Shown here: positions 48,253 through 56,690 of the stretch, piece after piece
How the letters are laid out: each line of letters opens with the position of its first letter
Numbering within the stretch: the stretch's first letter is position 1
DNA from: an uncultured virus (IMG/VR IMGVR_UViG_3300028595_000010)
Lineage: Duplodnaviria > Heunggongvirae > Uroviricota > Caudoviricetes
DNA length: 64,000 nucleotides
Direction: 5' to 3' (one strand)
IMG/VR virus record: IMGVR_UViG_3300028595_000010
Notes under the pieces: model-generated
The model's database searches: none
Told to the model about the DNA's origin: nothing
Seen by the model: the letters and a program-made list of their open reading frames with translations, nothing else
Position numbers and translations under genes: made by a program

Positions 48253-48700
48253 AATTGTAATTAACGGACGACACTTTAAATTTGTGTCGTACAATATTGA
48301 AACTGACAAATTGAATATTACGTATCATATCCCATGGATGAATAACTGGATGGAAATATCTGAGATGATTCGTGATGGAGAAGCTCCATTACGAGTTGAA
48401 ATGGATATCGATAAAATGGTAGCCACCATCAAAGATATAACTCCTGTAGATCTTCTTGCTGATGCCTTAATCAACAAGATTGCATTCAATGTAGATTCAA
48501 AGTTTAACCACATCGCATTCAATGGAAAGATGTGGGAAATTAAAAAATTCGAAAACAAATGTGAAGGAATTTTTCATCTTGAAGCAGATGAAGTAATCCC
48601 TGAATCGGTAGCCAAAGCAGAAGCTGATAAATTAATGAAAAAGGAAATTGCAGATGAACGAATTAGAAGAAGCAATTCTGAAACAGATGGAGGAGAATGA
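48224..48700 (+). CDS. Hypothetical protein
   Basis: 158-aa ORF with GAGG RBS. Confidence 0.55.
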   Translation: MGDTFTQDIKIVINGRHFKFVSYNIETDKLNITYHIPWMNNWMEISEMIRDGEAPLRVEMDIDKMVATIKDITPVDLLADALINKIAFNVDSKFNHIAFNGKMWEIKKFENKCEGIFHLEADEVIPESVAKAEADKLMKKEIADERIRRSNSETDGGE

Positions 48701-48992
48701 AGGAGCAGAAACAGAAGATGAAAATCTTACACCTTCAGAATCTGAAAACATATCCCAAGGAAAACAGCCAGAATTAGAACTAAAGACACTTACTAAGAAA
48801 GGAGTTGCATTAGTTCTAGATCAAATAGTTGGGGTAAGGTTCAGAATGGGAGAAGCTATATTTGAAATCAAAAGTATAAACAAAGGAAAATGTAGGTTTA
48901 CTGCTGAAGTGGCCAACCCAATCGAAGAATGTAATCAGACAATTGATTATATTGGACAAGCTAGATCTACCGGAACGAGTAAGAAAAAATGA
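48648..48992 (+). CDS. Hypothetical protein (start uncertain)
   Basis: ORF overlapping its neighbours in the operon. Confidence 0.45.
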   Translation: MQMNELEEAILKQMEENEGAETEDENLTPSESENISQGKQPELELKTLTKKGVALVLDQIVGVRFRMGEAIFEIKSINKGKCRFTAEVANPIEECNQTIDYIGQARSTGTSKKK

Positions 48993-49354
48993 TTCAGATA
49001 CGAGTAACAATTCCTGACCGTCTAGCCAAACAGCTAGAGGAATGTGAACTTGAAGAGTCTGAGGTAATTGCTCAAGCTTTAGACAGGTTCTTTTTGAAAA
49101 CTCCATCCATTGATAACATCCAGTGGCAAAAATCCATTGAGATGAAACTAATCGATTTACAAAATCAGTTAGATGCTCATCGCAATGGAGGAAATAAACA
49201 TGACACTGTCCTAGATAGTAGTGCCACTAAAAGAGGAATAGGTATAATGGATCCACTGGATATATCAACGTCAGAAGATGTTAGAGTAACAATTCCTAAA
49301 CCGAGAGTTCCTAAAGTAGAATCTACTTTAGGCGATTTCGAAATTCCTTTATAG
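48989..49354 (+). CDS. Hypothetical protein, possible ribbon-helix-helix N-terminus
   Basis: IQIRVTIPD.L...L......SEVI..AL..F. Confidence 0.5.
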   Translation: MIQIRVTIPDRLAKQLEECELEESEVIAQALDRFFLKTPSIDNIQWQKSIEMKLIDLQNQLDAHRNGGNKHDTVLDSSATKRGIGIMDPLDISTSEDVRVTIPKPRVPKVESTLGDFEIPL

Positions 49355-49661
49355 AAGATTTAATAAAAGTCTTTAACTGGTCTTCTCTTAAATGACCTTC
49401 ATGACGCCCAATGATCTTTCCCTCTTTAATGAGAATAAGAGTCGGGGTCGCCTCGATCTTAAACTTTGATTCTAGGATAGGCTCATCATCAATGTCAACT
49501 TCGGCAAAGGTGATTTTTCCATCCTTAATTCTTTTTTCAAGATCCTCAAGCACTACGTCTTGACGGATACAAGGAGCACACAAAGTCGATTTGAACTCGA
49601 CTAATAAGAGGCTACTTTTTTTAGCTTCTTGAAGGAAATTTGATTCATTAATTACTATCAT
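49323..49661 (-). CDS. Thioredoxin-family protein
   Basis: VEFKSTLCAPC, VDID, ATPTLIL.K.G. Confidence 0.85.
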   Translation of the reverse strand: MIVINESNFLQEAKKSSLLLVEFKSTLCAPCIRQDVVLEDLEKRIKDGKITFAEVDIDDEPILESKFKIEATPTLILIKEGKIIGRHEGHLREDQLKTFIKSSIKEFRNRLK

Positions 49662-49837
49662 TGTCTTAATGGACTCTTCTTTGGAAGGGATTTATTCCAC
49701 TGCTCGAGATCTGTTTCTTCGAGCCACTCATTGAGAACCTCAGCGATAACTTCGCTAAGACTTCTCTTTTGTTTGTTCGCAATTTTACTCAAAGACCTTT
49801 CCAAATCTTCATTAATCTGAATATTTATCCTTGCCAT
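49658..49837 (-). CDS. Ribbon-helix-helix (CopG-like) DNA-binding protein
   Basis: MARINIQINEDL...L..IA....RSLSEVI.E.L. Confidence 0.75.
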   Translation of the reverse strand: MARINIQINEDLERSLSKIANKQKRSLSEVIAEVLNEWLEETDLEQWNKSLPKKSPLRQ

Positions 49838-49841
49838 TCCT

Positions 49842-50120
49842 CTACTCCTTAGCTTTATCATCCAAATGTTTAGCATAATGAATTTTTTGGTATATCATCA
49901 CTGACCAGCACATCATCTGGATGCAATTCATTGCAGTCGTCAGATATAATTTCAATGTGAAACATGATACTGCACTGATTCCTAAGGCAACCAATGATCC
50001 TAACATGAGTTGCCATGAAATTTGTTCAGCACTCTTAGCTATATAATTCTTAATCAATTGTGGAATTAGAGAATAGCCAAACATAAATGAGGCTACAGTA
50101 AATGCGTAATCCTGCCACAT
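49842..50120 (-). CDS. PQ-loop (SemiSWEET-like) small membrane protein
   Basis: Three hydrophobic helices; LIPQLIKNY..KSA..IS. Confidence 0.75.
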   Translation of the reverse strand: MWQDYAFTVASFMFGYSLIPQLIKNYIAKSAEQISWQLMLGSLVALGISAVSCFTLKLYLTTAMNCIQMMCWSVMIYQKIHYAKHLDDKAKE

Positions 50121-50127
50121 CAGACTA

Positions 50128-51810
50128 TCAAACAGCTATTGTAAATGAAATATGAGGATGTGGGTCGTACCCTGTAATCTTAAAATCTTCATAAACAAAA
50201 TCATCTATGGATGAAATCGGATTTCTTGTCCACTCTAATTTAGGAAGTGGTCTAGGTTCTCTTGTTAATTGATCTCTTATTCCATCAAAGTGATTAGAAT
50301 ATATATGAGTGTTTCCTGACGAGATAATAAGGTGACCTGGGTCGAGTTTAGTTACCTTTGCAACCATATGAGTTAAAAACGCATATTGCGCAATGTTGAA
50401 GGGTCCGCCTAAGGCTGTGTCCCAACTTCTAATATACATTTGACAATCAAGATACTTACCTTCTCTTACATTGAATTGCCACATAACATGACAAGGGGGA
50501 AGACCTTTAACGCCCATTGTTTCAATCAATGGGGCATTCCATGCTGATACTATTAAACGTCTACATGTTGGATTATGTTTTATTGATGCAATTACCTTTT
50601 TAATCTGATTACATTCATCGTAAACATATTTAAAATCAGAAGGAGAATCGAGATATTCTACTTTCCATCCTGATTCTGTTAGTTTATTTTCTCGTAAACA
50701 TTTATTAACTTTCCACGAACTAGTTCCTACAATATCACATGCATTTTTCTTGCTCGGGCACACTATAGATTTTTCATCTTTTGTACATTTTATAAATGAG
50801 CAGAGACCAGAATTTAGTACTTGACTTTGTTTATTCATCCATTTACAAGTAGATACTGAATATTTATTAGATGCTGAAAAATCTTTATCTATACTATATT
50901 CATTAGGATATTCTAACTTCAATTGCCAATTTTCTATAGATTTAAAATCTTTTATAAAATTAGAAAGAATAAGCCATGATGAGTCTACAAAAACTCCTTT
51001 ATCCCCATAGCTATCATAGCACACATCTGATTCAGAATAACATCTAGATATCATTCCTTCCCATGTGGGTCGAAGTAACTTATATAAATGTTTATCTAAA
51101 TCTTCTATTTCTCCCATACAAGCAACCCCTTGAATAGAAGGATAATATGGATTAACAATTTCTCCTAAATCTATTGCTTGTCTCGATTTTGATTTAGCTA
51201 TATACCCGTTGAATGTAGATTGACAGTCATGAACTGTCCATCCTTTTTCGTTTTTATATTCGTTAATTACTATAAATTCTCCATAGGTCTTACTTGAAAA
51301 TACTTTGCCTACATATCCATATTTATTAGATGAGTAATCGGGATCAATCAACTCCTTAGAATAAGGGATTTTAGGATCTTCTATTGGAAAGTTTTTAACT
51401 TTAACTAATTTTAGATCATTCCAGTGTACCCATTGATAGCCATACACAGGACCTAATTCTCCCCATTTCTCAGCAAACTTATCATCTGCTTTGATTCGAG
51501 CTGCGAACTCTTTAACTGAAATATCATCTCCTGTTTGCTTCACATAATATCTGTGAGGCCACTCATTCCATATCTTCACATCGTTGTCAACCAAATACTT
51601 GATATTGGTGCTACCTTTAAGCATCCATAACAATTCATGTATGATTGATTTTGTATGAATCTTCTTTGTAGTTACAAGAGGAAATCCTTCAATAAGATTA
51701 AATCTCATCTGGTGTCCAAAGATAGCTCTTGTCCCGACACCAGTTCTATCATTTGCGGTGTCGTAACCTTCCTCCATAATCTTGGACAACATGTCCAAAT
51801 ACTGTTTCAT
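50128..51810 (-). CDS. thyA: Thymidylate synthase ThyA with in-frame endonuclease-domain insertion
   Basis: DRTGVGT, FPLVTTKK, ELLW, LGPVYG.QW, RRLIVSAWN, LPPCH, RS.D..LG.PFN, HIY.NH. Confidence 0.92.
   Translation of the reverse strand: MKQYLDMLSKIMEEGYDTANDRTGVGTRAIFGHQMRFNLIEGFPLVTTKKIHTKSIIHELLWMLKGSTNIKYLVDNDVKIWNEWPHRYYVKQTGDDISVKEFAARIKADDKFAEKWGELGPVYGYQWVHWNDLKLVKVKNFPIEDPKIPYSKELIDPDYSSNKYGYVGKVFSSKTYGEFIVINEYKNEKGWTVHDCQSTFNGYIAKSKSRQAIDLGEIVNPYYPSIQGVACMGEIEDLDKHLYKLLRPTWEGMISRCYSESDVCYDSYGDKGVFVDSSWLILSNFIKDFKSIENWQLKLEYPNEYSIDKDFSASNKYSVSTCKWMNKQSQVLNSGLCSFIKCTKDEKSIVCPSKKNACDIVGTSSWKVNKCLRENKLTESGWKVEYLDSPSDFKYVYDECNQIKKVIASIKHNPTCRRLIVSAWNAPLIETMGVKGLPPCHVMWQFNVREGKYLDCQMYIRSWDTALGGPFNIAQYAFLTHMVAKVTKLDPGHLIISSGNTHIYSNHFDGIRDQLTREPRPLPKLEWTRNPISSIDDFVYEDFKITGYDPHPHISFTIAV
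50614..51414 (-). mobile_element. HNH-type homing endonuclease domain inserted in frame in thyA, no intein motifs (boundaries approximate)
   Basis: W.GMISRCY....Y..YG.KGV.V...W...SNF..D...SIDKD....YS..TC.W, plus a C-terminal HTH-like segment, between QWVHW and NQIKKVI. Confidence 0.78.
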
Positions 51811-51882
51811 ACGGATACTCCATTTTCAATAAGGGTGTTTGTAATTTATTCCACTAAAACGGTTTTGACTGCCCTACTTATT

Positions 51883-52500
51883 TTAGATAGGATGGTCTTC
51901 ACCCAACCAATCCATTTTGATTGAGTCTGAGATATCTCCAACTTGTTTAGTTCCCGGAATTGGTTGGGCCGGTCGTGCAATTGCTCCTCCTGCTGATTTG
52001 CCAATTGGAATTTGTTGCTGTTGTTGAGGTTGTTGTTTTCGCTCATCCATTTTTTGTCTGAGGATTCTTCCTGCTTCTTCTGGAGAAACTGCTCCAGGGA
52101 TATTGGGGGCGGGAGCTGAGGAACTTGTAATGATTGGTTGTTGTGGGATAGGATCTCCTGTATTAGGTCCTTGTGGTCGAAACGGTAACCCAGTGTTAGG
52201 CACCTCCGGAACCGCAGGTGGAGGCGGAAGAGTTATCTGCTGTGGTGGTGCAGACACAGGAGAAATTGTAGGAGCATTAAGCTTCTTTAAGATAGCTTTT
52301 TGAGTCTTATGATTTTCTTTTAATTCCTCAAGAATATTGATCAAAATCAATGCAAGATTGTCAGTAGTATTGTTCAACACATTTAATGTGTTAACAATAT
52401 CTGCAGAAGTAATTTTAGGCTTTTCTGGTTTTGGATCTGGTTTAATAGGGCGACTAATACCAGTCTTCTTCGTCGTCTTCTCTATATTTTTCGTTGTCAT
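51883..52500 (-). CDS. Pro/Gln-rich hypothetical protein
   Basis: Low-complexity ORF; likely start MTTKNIEK. Confidence 0.55.
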   Translation of the reverse strand: MTTKNIEKTTKKTGISRPIKPDPKPEKPKITSADIVNTLNVLNNTTDNLALILINILEELKENHKTQKAILKKLNAPTISPVSAPPQQITLPPPPAVPEVPNTGLPFRPQGPNTGDPIPQQPIITSSSAPAPNIPGAVSPEEAGRILRQKMDERKQQPQQQQQIPIGKSAGGAIARPAQPIPGTKQVGDISDSIKMDWLGEDHPI

Positions 52501-52768
52501 ATTCTTCTTCTTCCTCTTCATAATATTCTTTAAGTTCAAATTCCAAATCAATTATTAAGTGATTTAACTCTTTGTTAACAACTTGAAGATATCTATTATC
52601 AATACTTAAATCTTGTATAATTCCTTTTAAGCGCTCAATTTTTTCTTGTTGTTTTTCAGCTCTTATTTCAAGTAAACCCCGAATGATGCAGTTGTCAATG
52701 GCGGATTGCTTCCACTTATTTATCCTTTCTTCATTAGAAGAAATCTTCTTTGACTCAGATTTTGCCAT
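52454..52768 (-). CDS. Coiled-coil hypothetical protein with acidic tail
   Basis: GGAG RBS lies inside a hairpin (see findings). Confidence 0.6.
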   Translation of the reverse strand: MAKSESKKISSNEERINKWKQSAIDNCIIRGLLEIRAEKQQEKIERLKGIIQDLSIDNRYLQVVNKELNHLIIDLEFELKEYYEEEEEEYDNEKYREDDEEDWY

Positions 52769-52806
52769 CGTGGGATCTCCTTTTTATTTTGTTCGGAAAT
52801 CCCACG
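52769..52806 (-). promoter_or_regulatory. RBS-sequestering hairpin whose loop is the GAACAAA motif
   Basis: Minus strand reads CGTGGGATTTCC-GAACAAAATAAAAA-GGAGATCCCACG-ATG. Confidence 0.7.
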
Positions 52807-52822
52807 GCGACATCCAATAATT

Positions 52823-53593
52823 TTACATTGATGCAGAGCCCTGTCCAGGCACTATCATTGCATCTTTTGCCATATCCGAACCTATAACTCCAGTCGGATG
52901 AGTTATTGTTTGAGATTGATTAGTTCTCATCTGTTGAAGTTGTTGTTGAACAGCAGCAGGAACTTGGGAAGGATCTCCTTCTAGCAGATTCTTAACTGGA
53001 GTAGCAGGGGTCTTTGCATTAGCAGTATCCAGCGCCTGAACGGTATGTGGTTTAACCGCTGTATGAGGAGCATTTTTCTGTGGCCCCAATCCAACTCTTA
53101 CAGTTTGTGGCCTAGGAGAAGGATTAATACCAGTATTCTGTGCTATCTGATTTGGATTTCTAACATTTGCAGGATTCATAGGAGTTGTATTTGACATATC
53201 TTCTGGTCTTGCAGGCCGACGTCCAAGAACTTTAGCCTTCTTAAATGCTGAAAATTCCTCTTCTTGTTTAGGTTCAGAATTAGTTACACTTTGAGGAATT
53301 TCTAATTGGACAGGCTGGAATCCATCTCTGAATCCTTCAGCCGCTTTAGATGCTTTCGCAAGAGCTTTTTCAAGTTCAATTGCGGCAGTAGAAGTTTCCT
53401 GACTGATTGCCATGATGTCATTGATTGCATCTTCACAGGCGAGATAGTTTTCAACAATATCATTAACCAAAGTTTCAAGATTTGGCTTACCGCTGAACTT
53501 GTCCCCAATCTTAGTAATCAAATCATCTTTGATTGCGACTGTGCTTACAGCAACTTTCTTTTCAGGTTTCTCTTCGATCTTTTTCTTAGTCAT
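52823..53593 (-). CDS. Hypothetical protein with Pro/Gln/Asn-rich C-half
   Basis: Likely start MTKKKIEEK. Confidence 0.55.
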   Translation of the reverse strand: MTKKKIEEKPEKKVAVSTVAIKDDLITKIGDKFSGKPNLETLVNDIVENYLACEDAINDIMAISQETSTAAIELEKALAKASKAAEGFRDGFQPVQLEIPQSVTNSEPKQEEEFSAFKKAKVLGRRPARPEDMSNTTPMNPANVRNPNQIAQNTGINPSPRPQTVRVGLGPQKNAPHTAVKPHTVQALDTANAKTPATPVKNLLEGDPSQVPAAVQQQLQQMRTNQSQTITHPTGVIGSDMAKDAMIVPGQGSASM

Positions 53594-53885
53594 TTTCTTT
53601 TCCCTTTTGTTTCGGTTGAATAGTTGACTTATCCACGAAATTTTCTTCTTTAACATTGACAAAATTATCGATAATATCTTGAGGCAGCTTTTCTTCTTTA
53701 GCCCTTTTCATAAGATACTTCCTCAATCCATCTGCAAACTTTTTACAGATTTGTCCTTCAACAGAGCTAGGTTGATGCAGTCTAAACACATACAACAGAT
53801 GTTTGACTTGATTGAACGATAGCTTAACTCCTATCAGTTCTTTATCAAATTCATGTAGGTCTTTTGGAGGGCGTCCACGTTTCAT
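53586..53885 (-). CDS. Hypothetical protein
   Basis: Starts MKRGRPPK; minus-strand GAACAAA motif at 53912-53918. Confidence 0.55.
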   Translation of the reverse strand: MKRGRPPKDLHEFDKELIGVKLSFNQVKHLLYVFRLHQPSSVEGQICKKFADGLRKYLMKRAKEEKLPQDIIDNFVNVKEENFVDKSTIQPKQKGKEND

Positions 53886-53920
53886 ATTCAATTCCAATAG
53901 TTGCTTTATATTTTGTTCAC

Positions 53921-53951
53921 AAAAAAAGAAGAGTAGTATAACCTACTCTTC
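53921..53951 (-). terminator. Rho-independent terminator (minus strand)
   Basis: GAAGAGTAG/CTACTCTTC stem followed by a T run on the minus strand. Confidence 0.75.
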
Positions 53952-53959
53952 CTCTAAAG

Positions 53960-54358
53960 TCACTCAAGGAGACCTTTCCTCGCCTTGAGGTATTTCCTCA
54001 AGTAAGGATAGGTACTCTTTCTTCGGTATCCATTTGGCCCGCCATTATGCATACGAGCCATTTCCGCCCATGTAGGTTTCCTTCCGTTCCTTTTCTCAAA
54101 AACGGTTGACCACCTATGAAGGTACATCTTGACATACCACGTTGCCATCGCGGTGTCTTTCATGTCCTTAGCGGTCGGGATTCGTTTGAATTTCTTCAAA
54201 ACTCTATCCCTGTAAAAATCGTTCACATCATCGACATAAGGCTGACGGATCTGATAAACTCCGTATGCCTTGTGTTTAAGATTTCGATCTCCGATGACAT
54301 CTGGATCGCCTCCTGATTCAATAAGAATCAAAATCTTCAAAAAGATAACCCAATTCAT
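53960..54358 (-). CDS. Lysozyme-like / lytic transglycosylase-fold protein
   Basis: IESGG (catalytic Glu), G.YQI, ARMHNGGPNG...T..Y. True start is ATG 54358 after AGGAGG. Confidence 0.75.
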   Translation of the reverse strand: MNWVIFLKILILIESGGDPDVIGDRNLKHKAYGVYQIRQPYVDDVNDFYRDRVLKKFKRIPTAKDMKDTAMATWYVKMYLHRWSTVFEKRNGRKPTWAEMARMHNGGPNGYRRKSTYPYLRKYLKARKGLLE

Positions 54359-54407
54359 AATGCCTCCTTTTGGGGATCCAGCCACAATTGACTGGATCCC
54401 AATGGGT

Positions 54408-55358
54408 CTACTTTTTACCGAGCAGTTTCTCGGCCATCTCTTGGGCTTTCGCCTCGAAGAGATCTCGAAGCAACTGGAAGTCACTGACGCTGTCCATGTT
54501 GTCGATGAAGTCACTGATGCTGTCGATATTCAAACCGACAACCGGAGTCTTCTCCGAATTTGGAGTTGCATCAGTTGGCAACTTCGATTTCTTTTTGTTG
54601 ATCTTTTTGGCAAAGTCATAGTACTGCTCGTTAAACTTGTCAACAGCTTCTTTCGTATTCATACCGTTTGCTTTATACTTCTGCACGGTATTAACCAAAT
54701 CCTCCTTCTCCTTTTTGGCATATATTTTCCTGCCCTCTGCGATAATGCCAGCCTCCTTTCTCCAAATCGAAATTGCGCCGCTGGATACAGATCTTCCAAG
54801 AATTTCTTGAGAGGCCTTTTCTGTAGCATCTTTTGATAGCATACCGGTATTAACAAGATCTCTAATCCTAAGACATACTGCTTTCCGCTGGTCCTTTGTG
54901 GTAATACTTTTTGGCATGGACACTTTCCTTTTCTTTTGTTGCTGACAAATCTTGCACCACTTTTGTGTGGCGCCAGTTGGAATAAACCAATTGCCACACA
55001 CACATTTTCTCTGCTTGTAGTCGATTTTTTTTCTGGGAAACCTTAATTCACCAGTCTTGACCTTCTCCTTACAGATTGGACAATACGAGTTTGGTGTTCT
55101 GTTTTGGTTAGTACATTTTGGATTTCGACAATCGTATAGCACATCTTTTGTACTATAATCTTGGTTACTCAATTTGAAATTGATTCCATCAAGATTATCG
55201 ATTTCCCTTTGTTGCTTTTCCTTGCCCCACTCGTCTTTTAGCTGGTCAATAAGAGTCTGAGCAGCAGCCTCACTTCCCGGCATTTGGGCTTCTGGATCGC
55301 CCAATTTTTTACGAAGGGATGAGATTTGATTCTCCATCCCCTTAGGAATTTCTCCCAT
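54408..55358 (-). CDS. Hypothetical protein with Zn-finger motifs
   Basis: CRNPKC..CPIC and CVC..CKIC; AGGAGG RBS. Confidence 0.6.
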   Translation of the reverse strand: MGEIPKGMENQISSLRKKLGDPEAQMPGSEAAAQTLIDQLKDEWGKEKQQREIDNLDGINFKLSNQDYSTKDVLYDCRNPKCTNQNRTPNSYCPICKEKVKTGELRFPRKKIDYKQRKCVCGNWFIPTGATQKWCKICQQQKKRKVSMPKSITTKDQRKAVCLRIRDLVNTGMLSKDATEKASQEILGRSVSSGAISIWRKEAGIIAEGRKIYAKKEKEDLVNTVQKYKANGMNTKEAVDKFNEQYYDFAKKINKKKSKLPTDATPNSEKTPVVGLNIDSISDFIDNMDSVSDFQLLRDLFEAKAQEMAEKLLGKK

Positions 55359-55392
55359 GTATACCTCCTGTTTGGTTGGTGAAATTTCCTTC

Positions 55393-55415
55393 GTATCATA
55401 AGGTTATATATTTAG
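55393..55415 (-). promoter_or_regulatory. Second promoter class CTAAATATATAACYTTATGATAC
   Basis: 22/23 identical to 60554-60576; upstream of a minus-strand gene. Confidence 0.65.
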
Positions 55416-55479
55416 TCATTATATATCCAAACAAACCTACGATATGTATGCGAACAAAATAAAAAGCAGGAAAAAAGTT

Positions 55480-55860
55480 ATGAATAAGTATAAACAATTA
55501 TCAATTCTCTTGGAACAACAAAGAGGCCCATACGAACCTGGAACTGAATTCCTGAATTTATCTAAAACCTATTCTAGTCTTAAAGCTGACTGCCAAAATA
55601 AATGCAGAACATCTAGAGATGTTCTTTGTATTCATAAATGTCATGTTGATGCTGCTAAAGATACTTTACGTCAAAGCGCCCAAATGATGACTAGAACTAG
55701 TCAGATTCCTGAACCAAAAAAGCGAGAAAAACAAAGAATCAAACTTCAGAAGCAAATTCAAAATATGAGAGAGCGTCTGAAGCTTGATCAGAAAATTCTT
55801 GACAAGGAAAGACAGAAAGCTAGAGGCGGATATAATCAGGGACGACAAGAAGTTCAATGA
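55480..55860 (+). CDS. Basic coiled-coil protein with leader ending ILLE
   Basis: GAACAAA motif at 55452 implies start at ATG 55480. Confidence 0.55.
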   Translation: MNKYKQLSILLEQQRGPYEPGTEFLNLSKTYSSLKADCQNKCRTSRDVLCIHKCHVDAAKDTLRQSAQMMTRTSQIPEPKKREKQRIKLQKQIQNMRERLKLDQKILDKERQKARGGYNQGRQEVQ

Positions 55861-56690
55861 TAAAATCATATAAGAATCTCTGTGAAATTCTTAATAGGAC
55901 TGAACAGAAGTATCTAGAAGAAACAAAACAGAATATTGGCGAAGATCTAGCATATGCGGCTCTTATTACATTTATATCATTTGTTATGAAATGGTTAGTA
56001 TTTTCTCTAATGCTTAGATCCATAGACAAAAAAATAGAAGATACAAAAATGTCCAAGAAGCTCCAGAAAATTACTGGAGATCCTAATGTAACAGTATGGA
56101 AAGTAAAATCATCAGAAGTAAATGCATTTAATGCAGGAAGTTCTAAAATGTATTACTATACTGGATTAGTGAAGGAACTTAAACTCACAGAAGGAGAATT
56201 AATGGCTGTAATGCTCCACGAATATGGGCATTATAGAGGAAAGCATATTCTCAAAAAAGAGTTAGCATATTATCCTTCATCATTCATTTTAACTTTTATT
56301 TTTGGATATATGTCTAAGCGAGGAGCTATCCATGGAGCTTATTTAGCTATTCTCCCACTTCATATTCTTATGAAGATATACGATGTCACATTTGGGAGAA
56401 AACATGAATTAGAATCTGATAGAGTAATGGTAGAATTCGGATATAAAAAAGAAGCCCTATCAGCATTCAAGAAGCTTTATAAATATGTAAGACATGAAGT
56501 GTGCAGGCAGATGAATATTCCAGAAAATTCTCAAAGTTGTACAGATTTAATCACCGAACTTCATTCATTAGATGAACATCCTACTTTTGAAAAAAGATTA
56601 GAAGAAATCAAAAATACTAAAGCCATTAAAGCATTAACCAGAATGTTGATGGCTAAACTCAAAAATGTATTGCCATTCATTAAAAAATGA
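55857..56690 (+). CDS. M48-family zinc metallopeptidase
   Basis: NAFN, AVMLHEYGH, ELESD, HPT...RL, and hydrophobic segments. Confidence 0.85.
   Translation: MIKSYKNLCEILNRTEQKYLEETKQNIGEDLAYAALITFISFVMKWLVFSLMLRSIDKKIEDTKMSKKLQKITGDPNVTVWKVKSSEVNAFNAGSSKMYYYTGLVKELKLTEGELMAVMLHEYGHYRGKHILKKELAYYPSSFILTFIFGYMSKRGAIHGAYLAILPLHILMKIYDVTFGRKHELESDRVMVEFGYKKEALSAFKKLYKYVRHEVCRQMNIPENSQSCTDLITELHSLDEHPTFEKRLEEIKNTKAIKALTRMLMAKLKNVLPFIKK

Noticed and set aside
50614..51414. thyA insert as a canonical intein
   Set aside because: No N-terminal Cys/Ser, no block B TxxH and no His-Asn plus nucleophile end; the CN|Q near the end does not fit.
54270..55003. Long alternative ORFs 54270..54836 (+) and 54659..55003 (-), and the 5' extension of 53960..54514
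   Set aside because: They overlap better-supported minus-strand genes that have clear RBSs.
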